Below are positions 46,706 through 56,273 of a stretch of DNA of 64,000 bases, piece after piece; positions within the stretch are counted from its first letter, which is position 1, and each line of letters opens with the position of its first letter. Location of the stretch: the NCBI GenBank assembly GCA_000004985.1, contig GG738929.1; one strand, given 5' to 3'. A program made the position numbers and the translations under genes. Below the pieces are notes generated by a model. The model was not told the DNA's origin. It did no database searches and was given only the letters and a program-made list of their open reading frames with translations. This stretch comes from Naegleria gruberi. Lineage: Eukaryota.

Positions 46706-46879
46706 TGTAAAAGTGTTATTACGAATAAGAAAATTTAAAGTAAAACCCACTGGATCAGAGAGATTATTTCTATCTTTCGGAACTAGATCTTTGGCACCCA
46801 TCAAGGTTATTGTGAGAACATCTTGAAGATTTAAAAAATCGCCAAATACTTTGGTAAGACTTGGTGATGATGGTTCCAT
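46706..46879 (-). CDS. C2-domain protein, exon 1 (58 codons)
   Basis: ATG at 46879. The exon ends ...NNTFT with a complete codon, immediately followed by GTATGT. Joined to exon 2, the product is a canonical C2 domain (LTITLMGAKDLVPKDRNNLSDPVGFT...SKVKPKTLDPIWNETIQIPL...INFRVMDKDMISDDFEGDYIL). Confidence 0.6.
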
Positions 46880-47203
46880 AGTAGTGGTGGTTTAGTAGTG
46901 AATCGGTTGGATGAATTTTTTTCTTGAAAGTTTCGAATACATAATACATTAGAATGGTGATGAAGAAGGGCGCTTTTAGAACATTAAAGAACAGAACAAG
47001 TAAGATCTTAACAACAATCAATTTCTGGCATATTCACCATTCAGTGTCAGAAAACGTGTTGTCAACAATTCAACATTCGATTGGTACTCACTGGTGGAAG
47101 TCTGTTATACAACCATTAATGTCTATCAACGACAAAAAACAACCTTATTATCTTTGATTTTAAAATCTTTCAAAATAGCATTCGTAAATATATTTATTTA
47201 CAA

Positions 47204-48550
47204 TTAAATTTTACGCTTTTTTGTTTTTTGTTTGGTTTGTTTTTCTACGGCAGTAGAAATCATTTCTTCACTTTCTTGTTTCCATTTTTCGGCAAGATCA
47301 TAGTACTTTTGTTTTTCTTCCTTCTTGGCTTTCTTCCATGATGAAGCAACCATTCTACTAACTTCGTTTGGAGCCAAATCTGGATTTTCTTCCTTGAAAA
47401 TTGAATATTTTTCTTTACAATAGATATTGTAGGCATTAAGAGGTTTCTTTACAATTGGCTGAGCCTGTCTTGCCATTTCAATATAAGGTTGTTTCTCATC
47501 TTCTGGCATTGCTTTCCATTTTTGCCCGATTAACTTGGTAATTTGTTTCTTATCAATATTTGGATACATTTCTTGGAATGAAGGGAATACGCTTTTAACA
47601 AAGCTATTATACCCACTCAGAGGTTTCTTCACTCTGTTAGCAGTTACATTCTTGTCCAACTCTTTGAGTGATTCTTCATTGATTTGCTCATCTTCGGATT
47701 CTTCTTTATCCTTAGGAGGAACGAGTGGTTGCTCAACCTTATTGTTAATATTTGTTTCATCAACTCCAATGATGGATTCACTTTCAGAAAGCAAATTCCT
47801 TGAATCGCTAGGTGTTCCACCACTATAGCTTGAAGAAGCAACAACTTGTTGGAGCATTTCCCTTTGAGAAGCAAGAGCCAATTCAATATAATGTTGTTTC
47901 TCAGAATCATGCAATAATTGCCATTGAGCCCACACAAAAATTCTCATTTGGCTTTTTTCTTCCTCTTGTTGGAAGAAATCATTTGCACTTGGGAAGTTTT
48001 GGAATTGTTCGGCAAAATACCATTCAAATCCCATTTGAGATTGCTCCTCCGAGAATTTAGTATTAATTGGTTCATGTTGAGGCTCTAGCAATCCATGAGC
48101 ATCATGGCCTCCCAATAAGTCGTGAATATTGATTGAGTTCATGAGGTTATGATCTTGAGGAAGAGTATTATTAACTGTATCATTAGTTTGTGTTTGATCA
48201 TCCTCTTCCTCTTCCTCTTCATAGAATTGGTGTTCATCTTCTCCATTGAGAATCACTTCTCCCTCGTCTCCCTCTGGTTTTGGCATGCTTAAGCCATATT
48301 GAGCTAGTCTGGCACGATCATTAATTGAAATTAAAAAGTTGCCATCTCTATCTTTCTTAAAGAGACCAGATTTGATATATTTACGTTTCTTCTTAAGACC
48401 CTTCTTATTTTTCTTAGGATCGTAAGCTTTGTGAGGTTGTGGAGAGTTCTTCTCCTCCTCTTTGTCTGCATCTAGTTGATGGTTAGAATAGAGAAGCATA
48501 GTATCAACAGGTGGCAAATGTTGTTCATCACTTGATAATAAACTCTCCAA
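47204..48550 (-). CDS. Protein with two tandem HMG boxes (C-terminal part; acidic/Q-rich linker upstream)
   Basis: HMG box 1: KKPLSGYNSFVKSVFPSFQEMYPNIDKKQITKLIGQKWKAMPEDEKQPYIEMARQ. HMG box 2: KKPLNAYNIYCKEKYSIFKEENPDLAPNEVSRMVASSWKKAKKEEKQKYYDLAEKWKQE. The first codon in the track is TTG, not ATG. The frame is open upstream to about 48645, so the real start is almost certainly the ATG at 49395 of the overlapping ORF. Confidence 0.6.
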   Translation of the reverse strand: MESLLSSDEQHLPPVDTMLLYSNHQLDADKEEEKNSPQPHKAYDPKKNKKGLKKKRKYIKSGLFKKDRDGNFLISINDRARLAQYGLSMPKPEGDEGEVILNGEDEHQFYEEEEEEDDQTQTNDTVNNTLPQDHNLMNSINIHDLLGGHDAHGLLEPQHEPINTKFSEEQSQMGFEWYFAEQFQNFPSANDFFQQEEEKSQMRIFVWAQWQLLHDSEKQHYIELALASQREMLQQVVASSSYSGGTPSDSRNLLSESESIIGVDETNINNKVEQPLVPPKDKEESEDEQINEESLKELDKNVTANRVKKPLSGYNSFVKSVFPSFQEMYPNIDKKQITKLIGQKWKAMPEDEKQPYIEMARQAQPIVKKPLNAYNIYCKEKYSIFKEENPDLAPNEVSRMVASSWKKAKKEEKQKYYDLAEKWKQESEEMISTAVEKQTKQKTKKRKI

Positions 48551-49395
48551 GAAGGATTGTTGATTGTCGTTACCAGAGGTTGTTGAAACATTGCTTGGTT
48601 GTTGTTGCTGTGTTGAGGTAGATCTGAAGGAGACAAAAAGACAGCACTATTATCTTGTTGAAAATTAGAATCTGTGACAAGTCCCATTTGATCGTTATTT
48701 GTCTTGTAGAGGTTTTGTTGAAGATTATGGAGAATTGGCCTAATATAAAGCTCATAGAGAGGTTCAGGAATTGCAACCGAAGTCATTCCCGTTGGCTGAA
48801 TATTTGGATTGAATAATCCTGCAGGATTGGCATTACTAGCACTTGGAGAATTACTATTGATAAGAAGTGGAGGTTGTGAATGATGTTGTGGCGTACCAAT
48901 GGAAGAAGGAGAATTTGATACCATTTGTTGGGCATTTACTTGTTGAGAGTAGAGGGAGTGGAGGTTTTGTTGTTCCATCATCATTCTCTGATATTGATAA
49001 TAATTGTGAAGGAAGGCTGAAAATAATTGTTCTTGGAGTAACAATTGTTCGTAAAGTGAGTTATTACCCATAAGAGCATTTTGATTAGGAGGAAGAGAGG
49101 TATTGCTACTTGTGGCAGTAGCATTGGTTTGTGGGGATGTAGTTGACGGTTGTAGTGTGTTAGAGGCTATTTGGGAAAAGAATGGATGTTGATTCATCAT
49201 TGGAATGGTGGGAGTAATGTTGGAAGAGATTGTTGGAGAAGACTTATTGCCACCACCATTATTATTATTGGAGGAGGCTGTAGGAAGGGTGTTATTGAAT
49301 GAATTATTAATCATAATGTTGTAGGGATGGTTTGGAGGTAGTTGTTGAGTGGTGGTTGGTTGGAATGTATTATTATTCTTGTTATTCACAGACAT
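48472..49395 (-). CDS. Q/N/S-rich low-complexity protein; probably the N-terminal part of the HMG-box gene below, separated by a frame change
   Basis: ATG at 49395. Roughly 300 aa rich in N, Q, S, T and P. Its last 25 codons look non-native. The downstream HMG-box frame is open across the 48472-48645 overlap. Confidence 0.5.
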   Translation of the reverse strand: MSVNNKNNNTFQPTTTQQLPPNHPYNIMINNSFNNTLPTASSNNNNGGGNKSSPTISSNITPTIPMMNQHPFFSQIASNTLQPSTTSPQTNATATSSNTSLPPNQNALMGNNSLYEQLLLQEQLFSAFLHNYYQYQRMMMEQQNLHSLYSQQVNAQQMVSNSPSSIGTPQHHSQPPLLINSNSPSASNANPAGLFNPNIQPTGMTSVAIPEPLYELYIRPILHNLQQNLYKTNNDQMGLVTDSNFQQDNSAVFLSPSDLPQHSNNNQAMFQQPLVTTINNPSWRVYYQVMNNICHLLILCFSILTIN

Positions 49396-50351
49396 GTCCG
49401 AGATTGTTCTGATACAATGGAGTGAACCTAGTTAGTCAATAAATAAATATGTTATTTGTGATGGTGTTGTTGTTTGATTTGGATTCGTTTAATCAAAAGA
49501 GAAAATACTTGTGTTCGAAATTTTTCTCTCTCTGATAGGCTATTAATAGTAAGAGAATTTGTATTGATTAGAACCAATTTCAATGAAAATAGGAAATAAT
49601 AGCAGCACAGTTGTTATGTTTTGATAATCAAGCACAACAGCTTGTTTCTATCAGAGGGTGTGGGTGGTACAGTGTAGACTCCTTTTTTTAATAACCACCA
49701 TCTTTTAACGCGAAAATGTCTCCGGTCAAAAAGTGGTGAAATCATTAAGAATCAATACTTGTTGAGAATTAAAGCCTAAAAGATCTCATTTGCAAGCACA
49801 GCTATGTAGAGAAGTTAATGGGAAAATTTGGTTATGTGCACCTTCAAGAAGAAAATGTTCTGTTTTACAAGAAGCCTTGTTGGTACCAAATTTCCTTTGT
49901 TACCACCTTGCCAGCTGACAAAGTGAACGAAAAGCTGCAAAGCACAAAATTTGAGATTATCTTTGACTACGGTGAAAAATTTGTTTGGTAATACTTCTCG
50001 GAAGAGAATTTAATTTCATATTATAAATTTTAAATAAATTAGAATTGATGGAAATTAGTGTGGACCATTGGAAATTGAAATAACACTGTAAGTGGGTACT
50101 CAATTCTTTAATTAATATCATAAAGAAGTGCATTTACCAAATCTCTGTTTTCACTTCTCTTTCCCTCCCATCTGACTACAGTTATCCATTTAAATTTTAT
50201 TTAGAGAGCAAGAAGATAATAATATTTATATTTCATTACATACTCCGGAATGAAAGCACTAATAACTCCATACAATGATTCTCAATTCCATTGACATCAT
50301 TATCAAGGAGTGTAATTGCATTCCAAATCACCGGTCTTGTGATGGTAAACA

Positions 50352-52349
50352 ATGGAATGCATTAAAAAAATTGACCACTTCACATCTCACTCTTCATGCA
50401 GAATGCTTTCTGAGAACCAACTCGTAGAAGAATCAACCTTCATGACAATGGAAGTTCCGGCCATTCGTGAGCACTATTATTTTGTTCAGGAACATTGTCA
50501 ACAAACAATGGCCAAATTAAAGGAGAACGGAGTTGTTACTGGAGCAGATTGGATTGAATATCTTGCTAGAACATATTCCGATAAGTTGGCAATTCAAACA
50601 GTTCATAAACCAATAGATACTCAACCTGTAATTACCTATGAAAAGATGAATCAAATGGCAAATCAACTTGCTTATTATTTGATTAATGGTGAAATTGACA
50701 ATTTAAAATACTACAATGTGAAAAATAGTGGACTATCTAATCACATCATGACACAGGGTGATGTTGTTTGTTTGCTGATGGAAAATAATGAAAATTTTAT
50801 TCCTACTTGGGGTGGGTTAAATAAGTTGGGATTAACCATTGCTTGTATCAATACGTATTTGACACCAGATAGAATGAAACATGCTATTGAATTATCTGGA
50901 GCTAAATCCATTTTCCTCTCCAGAAAAATGTTACCACTCTTTGAGAAAGCAAGAAATGAAGAACAAGAATTTGAAATTTCAATTAGAAAAGCATCAATCA
51001 GAGATTTTAAAGTGTTTATTGTGGAAGATATTATTAAATATGAGAATTGTAACACTTTGGAAAATCCAAATTCAACAATTTATAGAGGTGATATCACGGG
51101 AGAGGATGCACTTCTCTATATTTACACTTCAGGAACAACAGGAAAGAGTAAATGTGCCAGATTTTCCAATAGAAGATTTATTGGAGCTGGTGTGACGTGG
51201 TCAGTGCAAATGGATTTGGTCAAAGATGACAAGTATTATATTGCACTTCCATTATATCATGGAAATGGTGGTGTGGTTGCTGTATCAGCAATCATGTTGG
51301 TCGGAGGAACAGCAGTTTTGAGAGAAAAGTTCTCTGCCAGTAATTTCTTGAACGATATTCGTACTTTTGGTTGTACAGCTACTATTTATATTGGTGAATT
51401 GTGGAGATACCTTTACAACACACCAGAAAAAGAAGACGATGCTCAAAATCCTCTCAGAGTTGCAGCTGGAAATGGGTTGAGAAAAGATATCTGGAATAGG
51501 GTAATGAAAAGATTTGGAATTAAGAAAATAGTGGAACACTACGGGCAAACAGAAATGTTGAGTGCCCACCCAATGATAAATTCATACAATAAGGTGGGAT
51601 CTTGCGGTTTCATTCCATTTGATTTGTGGACTAATCAAAAGAAGGAAGTTTTGTTAACATACGATTTTGAAACTGATTCTGTTAAAAGAGACCCAGTTAC
51701 TGGATTTTGCGAAATTGCAGGTCCAGGAGTTGCAGGAGAGGATGTCACAAGGATTTCGGAATTGTACAAAGCTTATAATAATCATGAGGACAATTTGAAA
51801 AAGGTTTATAGAGATGTTTTCGAGAAGGGAGACATGTGGTACAGAAGTGGAGATTTACTCAAATTCGATAATGATGGATTCTTCTATTTTGTTGATAGAT
51901 TGGGAGAATCATATAGATGGAAAGGTGAAAATGTGTCAACAGGAGAGGTCAGTGAGGCCATAACAAAAGCTCTCGACAAGCACAATATTGGCCTAAAGGA
52001 GGCTAATGTGTATGGTATTGAAATACCTCATTGCGAAGGAAGAGCAGGAATGGCTCGTTTGCTTATTGAGAATAGTTCTGAAGAATTGGACACTAAATTT
52101 TTATTAACCGAATTGAAGAAACATCTTCCACATTATGCCATTCCAATATTCCTTAGAATTAGTAAGGTAGAATCAGAGAAGACCAGCACTTTCAAATTCA
52201 TCAAGAATCAATACCAAGCTGAAGCATATCACCCAGACAAGGTTGGTCAAGACCAAATTCTCATGTTGGATGTATCAACAAAGGACTCTTACATTCCAAT
52301 TACAGAAGAAATTGTCAAACAATTATCTTCTGGAAATGTGAGATTGTAA
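50352..52349 (+). CDS. Very-long-chain acyl-CoA synthetase / fatty-acid transport protein (FATP, SLC27-like), AMP-binding superfamily
   Basis: ATG at 50352 (an alternative start is MTMEVP... about 30 codons in). Motif I YTSGTTGKSK. Motif II YGQTE. FATP/ACSVL signature MWYRSGDLLKFDNDGFFYFVDRLGESYRWKGENVSTGEV. 665 aa, intronless. Confidence 0.85.
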   Translation: MECIKKIDHFTSHSSCRMLSENQLVEESTFMTMEVPAIREHYYFVQEHCQQTMAKLKENGVVTGADWIEYLARTYSDKLAIQTVHKPIDTQPVITYEKMNQMANQLAYYLINGEIDNLKYYNVKNSGLSNHIMTQGDVVCLLMENNENFIPTWGGLNKLGLTIACINTYLTPDRMKHAIELSGAKSIFLSRKMLPLFEKARNEEQEFEISIRKASIRDFKVFIVEDIIKYENCNTLENPNSTIYRGDITGEDALLYIYTSGTTGKSKCARFSNRRFIGAGVTWSVQMDLVKDDKYYIALPLYHGNGGVVAVSAIMLVGGTAVLREKFSASNFLNDIRTFGCTATIYIGELWRYLYNTPEKEDDAQNPLRVAAGNGLRKDIWNRVMKRFGIKKIVEHYGQTEMLSAHPMINSYNKVGSCGFIPFDLWTNQKKEVLLTYDFETDSVKRDPVTGFCEIAGPGVAGEDVTRISELYKAYNNHEDNLKKVYRDVFEKGDMWYRSGDLLKFDNDGFFYFVDRLGESYRWKGENVSTGEVSEAITKALDKHNIGLKEANVYGIEIPHCEGRAGMARLLIENSSEELDTKFLLTELKKHLPHYAIPIFLRISKVESEKTSTFKFIKNQYQAEAYHPDKVGQDQILMLDVSTKDSYIPITEEIVKQLSSGNVRL

Positions 52350-52412
52350 TAAATCTCGATTTATCTAATATTTCATTAAGGTAGTGTGCCTTAATTTAAA
52401 ACACAAAAAAAG

Positions 52413-53570
52413 ATGCCCTTTAATAACACCTACACTCCTCAAACTGATAATAACAACCATATGGTGGCACCACTTCCTTCCGATTCAGAGTTGATATATA
52501 TCAGCAATGAAGCAACAACAAATAATACTGATATTTACATTAGCTATAATCCAAGTAGCTATCAAGAGCAACCTCCTCCTTCCTTTAGTACAGCCTTAAA
52601 TGATCCCTCCGAATCACAACCATCAGCAGCTATTTTCTATCAAACACAAGTAAACAGCAGCTACGGCAATATGGAAGATAGTAGTAGTGCAATAGTTTAT
52701 AATCAAGCTTACCCATCTCTTCCTGTATTAATATCAGAAAATGAAGAAATATCAAATTCAACAAAGGTTCAACCTATTATTATTAATCTTAAACAAGATC
52801 CAAGCATAATTCCATCACATAGTAATGTTACTGTTTGTGATAATACAACCCCTTACCAAGTAGTTGTTGATCATTCTGCAATTAATATGAACATTAATTC
52901 CTATGTACCAGCCTCAAATCCAACAAGCAGTAATAACAATTCTCATTTTGGTGGACCTTTGATGAAGTTGGTCGATTTTCTAATGTTTGTAAGAACTTTA
53001 AGGTCCTCTGACTTTAATAGACATAAGAGAAATGGACAGCAACTTATCAACATAACTTTACTATCGACATTCATTGGTGTTGGCACCCTTATTGCATGTG
53101 CAGTTTTATTTGGAATAGCTAATGGAGATATTGTTATGATTAATGATGACACAGCTGTATCTTATATTCATAAAGGATGCTGTGACATTACCAAACATAC
53201 GTGTGATGGGACTGGCTATTGTAATTTAATTATAGCATTTCCTCCTCTCAATGCAGAATTTGCTAAGGATAATTCACATGGATATAATATTAATTGTAAG
53301 AGTTTTGATTCTTTGAAGAAAAAAACCTTGACATTCTCTCAACAATTAACATATCCAACAGCTGACATGACTTGGCACGATATTGATTGTTACACGAATA
53401 AGGAAGAAACAATAGCTAGGATTGAGACACCTTTTAGTGAACTCTATGCCTCCTATAGAGTTGGAGGGACAATTTGTGCTTGTATTGGAGGGACATCGAC
53501 TGCATTAGCAATGTCCATGATTTTCTTAATGTGTAAAACAATAATTAATAAGTATAAAAGTTCTTACTAG
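52413..53570 (+). CDS. Hypothetical membrane protein (385 aa); S/T/N-rich N-terminus, two predicted TM segments, Cys-rich loop
   Basis: ATG at 52413. Hydrophobic segments ITLLSTFIGVGTLIACAVLFGIA and GGTICACIGGTSTALAMSMIFLMC. The loop between them has 8 Cys (CCDITKHTCDGTGYCN...). No assignable family. Confidence 0.5.
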   Translation: MPFNNTYTPQTDNNNHMVAPLPSDSELIYISNEATTNNTDIYISYNPSSYQEQPPPSFSTALNDPSESQPSAAIFYQTQVNSSYGNMEDSSSAIVYNQAYPSLPVLISENEEISNSTKVQPIIINLKQDPSIIPSHSNVTVCDNTTPYQVVVDHSAINMNINSYVPASNPTSSNNNSHFGGPLMKLVDFLMFVRTLRSSDFNRHKRNGQQLINITLLSTFIGVGTLIACAVLFGIANGDIVMINDDTAVSYIHKGCCDITKHTCDGTGYCNLIIAFPPLNAEFAKDNSHGYNINCKSFDSLKKKTLTFSQQLTYPTADMTWHDIDCYTNKEETIARIETPFSELYASYRVGGTICACIGGTSTALAMSMIFLMCKTIINKYKSSY

Positions 53571-53624
53571 TGAAGATTCGTTGGTGGTTAACTGATATTA
53601 AAATATTTTCATAATGAATAAGAT

Positions 53625-53696
53625 TCCCGTGTAGTCCAATGGCTAGGATACCTGGCTTTCACCCAGGAGGTCCGGGTTCAATTCCCGGCATGGGAG
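53625..53696 (+). tRNA. tRNA-Glu (anticodon UUC)
   Basis: 72 nt. Acceptor tcccgtg pairs with catggga (one G-U). D-arm gtccaatggctaggat. Anticodon loop cuUUCac with TTC at 53658-53660. T-arm ccgggttcaattcccgg. Overall very close to metazoan tRNA-Glu-TTC. T-runs follow at 53702-53711. Confidence 0.85.
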
Positions 53697-53796
53697 AATC
53701 ATTTTGCTTTTATCAATTTTCTAATTTATACAAAGAGAAAAGGATTCAGTATTTTCTGTTTGCAACCTAGTTGTTAAATATTTTAGTATCATAATC

Positions 53797-53914
53797 GGCT
53801 ACGGCCATATCACGATGAATGCACCTCATCCCGTCCGATTTGAGAAGTTAAGCATCGTCGAGCCACATCAGTACTGAGGTTGGAGACAACTTGGGAACCT
53901 GTGGTGCTGTAGTC
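53797..53914 (+). rRNA. 5S ribosomal RNA gene (118 nt)
   Basis: ggctacggccatatcacgatgaatgcacctcatcccgtccgatttgagaagttaagcatcgtcgagcc...ggttggagacaacttgggaacctgtggtgctgtagtc aligns along its whole length with the eukaryotic 5S consensus (GCCUACGGCCAUACCAC...AAGCUAAGCAG...GGGAAUACCGGGUGCUGUAGGC). The helix I ends pair. A ttttt Pol III terminator follows. Confidence 0.85.
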
Positions 53915-53919
53915 TTTTT
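53915..53919 (+). terminator. Pol III T-run terminator of the 5S gene
   Basis: ttttt lies directly after the 5S 3' end. Confidence 0.5.
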
Positions 53920-54178
53920 ATTTTCCTTATTATCTGTGTTTTTTATTTATTGTTGTGCATTGATGAGAGGAAATGTGTGTTGGTCAATTTGAGAGTTTTC
54001 AAAAGTGGTTCGAATCAAAAGTTCCTTTACAGTTTGTTTCAATTCCAAATGTTTCTATTATTTAACAGAGCGAGAAATCAGATGAATACTCACAGGAAAA
54101 AATTGAGAAGAAGGGCAACAACCACTTTGATTATTTCTTAATATAATTATATGTGAAGAAAACTCACTTTCAAAAAAA

Positions 54179-55613
54179 ATGATCAAACGAAGCAGACAAG
54201 ATTTTGAAAATCCATTAATTTCGGAGGAACTACTCATGATCAATAATAATAACATGGAAGAGAAAGCAAAAAAGAAAAAAGTTGTACAAGAAATATTTTC
54301 AGATGACGTTTGCTTTGAAATAATTTCCATGATTGATTCGTGGTTTATTTTGAATAATTGTTCCTTGATTTCAAAACAATTCTTTAATGTGATCAAGGAA
54401 CGTTCAAAACTTGTTATTCAATTTAAAAAAAAATTTACAGAGAAAAGAATTGAATTATTAATGAAAAGTCAATTTATGAATAGTATTGTTAACGTTAAAT
54501 TTTCGAGAAAGTTGCTTGACTCTATAGAACAAGCCAAATTCATAAATGAAATGAAGCAATTAACATCACTTGATATTGGTGGAAATCAAATTGGTGCTGA
54601 AGGAGCCAAATTTATAAGTGAAGTGAAACAATTAACATCACTTAATATATCTTACAATCAAATTGGTGCTAAAGGAGTCAAATTCATAATTGAAATGAAA
54701 CAATTAAAATCACTTAACATTATTGGAAATCAAATTGGTGCTGAAGGAGTCAAATTGATAAGTGAAATGAAACAATTAGCATCGCTTAATATTGGTGGAA
54801 ATCAAATTGGAGATGAAGGGGTCAAATTCATACTTGAAATGAAACAATTAACATCACTTAATATTTGTCTCAATCGAATTGGTGCTGAAGGAGCCAAACT
54901 CATAAGTGAAATGAAACAATTAACATCACTTGATATTTGTTACAATCGAATTGGTACTGAAGGAGTCAAATTTATACGTGAAATGAAACAATTAAAATCA
55001 CTTAATATTAGTGGAAATCAAATTGGTGATGAAGAAGCCAAATTCATAAGTGAAATGAAACAATTAACTTCACTTAATACTTATAAAATCAAATTGGTGA
55101 TGAAGAAGCCAAATTCATAAGTGAAATGAAACAATTAACATCACTTAATATTTATAAAAATCAAATTGGAGATGAAGGAGTCAAATTCATAAGTGAAATG
55201 AAACAATTAACATCACTTAATATTTTTACAATCAAATTGGTGATGAAGGGGTCAAATTCATAAGTGAAATGAAACAATTAACATCACTTAATATATCTTA
55301 CAATCAAATTGGTGATGAAGGAGTCAAATTCATAAGTGAAATCAAACAATTAAAATCACTTGATATTTATAACAATCAAATTGGTGATGAAGGAGCCAAA
55401 CTCATTAGTGAAATGAAACAATTAACAGCACTTAATATTTATAACAATCAAATTGGCGATGAAGGAGCCAAATTCATAAGTGAAATGAAACAATTAACAG
55501 CACTTAATATTTATAGCAATCGAATTGGTACTGAAGGAGTCAAATTGCTAAGCGAAATGAAACAATTAACAGCACTTGTTATTAATAACCAACAGATGAA
55601 ATCTATTAATTAA
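54179..55613 (+). CDS. F-box-like / RNI-type leucine-rich-repeat protein; the coding frame is broken by two -1 shifts (about 55085 and about 55225), so either a pseudogene or a repeat-collapse error
   Basis: ATG at 54179. N-terminal F-box-like motif IFSDDVCFEIISMIDSWFILNNCSLISKQFFNVIKE. Then at least 15 copies of a 24-aa LRR: L(T/K)SL(N/D)I..NQIG(A/D)EG(A/V)KFISEMKQ. The track splits it into 54179-55120 and 55269-55613. Between them the 72-bp units read tataaaatcaaattgg and atatttttacaatc in place of tataacaatcaaattgg and atatttataacaatc, each one base short. Confidence 0.55.
54530..55610 (+). repeat. Tandem array of about 15 near-identical 72-bp units (the coding LRR repeats)
   Basis: The unit aatcaaattggtgatgaaggagycaaattcataagtgaaatgaaacaattaacatcacttaatatttayaac recurs head-to-tail with few substitutions. 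Confidence 0.8.
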
Positions 55614-56155
55614 AATCCAAAAAAAAGGATTTGGCATTACAAACGAAGAGAGGAGATTGGCTACCTGGTATCCAGAACGAAAGGTCTCAACACATTATTC
55701 CTATTGCATTAATTTTGCTAGAATGTATTTTAAAGGTCCAATTTCAATGAAGAGTTACTGAAATCATCAGATTGGACAGTTAAGATTGTGATTGTCGGTG
55801 GAATAAAGAAGAAAAAGATTTTACGCGTATGGGCTGTACTTTGATGATTCTTCGAGTGATTTCACATACTGAAGCTACCAAACTTTCACAACATCACCTA
55901 TATACTATTACTAGTGATTTTTGTTTGTGGATTATCATCAAACAACTCTCCAAAAAGCAAATCTTAGATAAAATTGAATCATAGAAAGTAAATTGTTGAA
56001 ACATTAGCCAACTAGAATTATTCCACCATTAGAGACAACTGAAGGAGAATCTGTTCCCTGAAAATAGTTACAGAACAGAATACTCCAAACAAGGAGGTTA
56101 TCTCAATCCAACCAATATTTCAAACAATTATTACAGATAATAAGGAAAATAAAAA

Positions 56156-56273
56156 GACTACAGCACCACAGGTTCCCAAGTTGTCTCCAACCTCAGTACT
56201 GATGTGGCTCGACGATGCTTAACTTCTCAAATCGGACGGGATGAGGTGCATTCATCGTGATATGGCCGTAGCC
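56156..56273 (-). rRNA. 5S ribosomal RNA gene, second copy, inverted relative to the first
   Basis: Its reverse complement is identical over all 118 nt to the copy at 53797-53914. The identity extends about 20 nt 3' of the gene (tctttttattttccttattatctgt) and then stops. A T-run terminator lies on the minus strand at 56151-56155. Confidence 0.85.

Noticed and set aside
48535-48563. 29-nt GTAACG...GGAG 'intron' that would join the Q/N-rich and HMG frames
   Set aside because: Its length and signals are implausible for a spliceosomal intron (the other introns are 37-46 nt with GTATGT). A 1-nt indel in the nearby aacaacaac run explains the frame change more simply. It is kept only as an alternative.
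53797-56273. 5S copies as SINE-like retropseudogenes rather than genes
   Set aside because: Both copies are full length and 100% identical. They keep helix I pairing and intact Pol III T-run terminators. One is 100 bp from a tRNA gene. This fits functional Pol III genes rather than truncated or decayed retrocopies.
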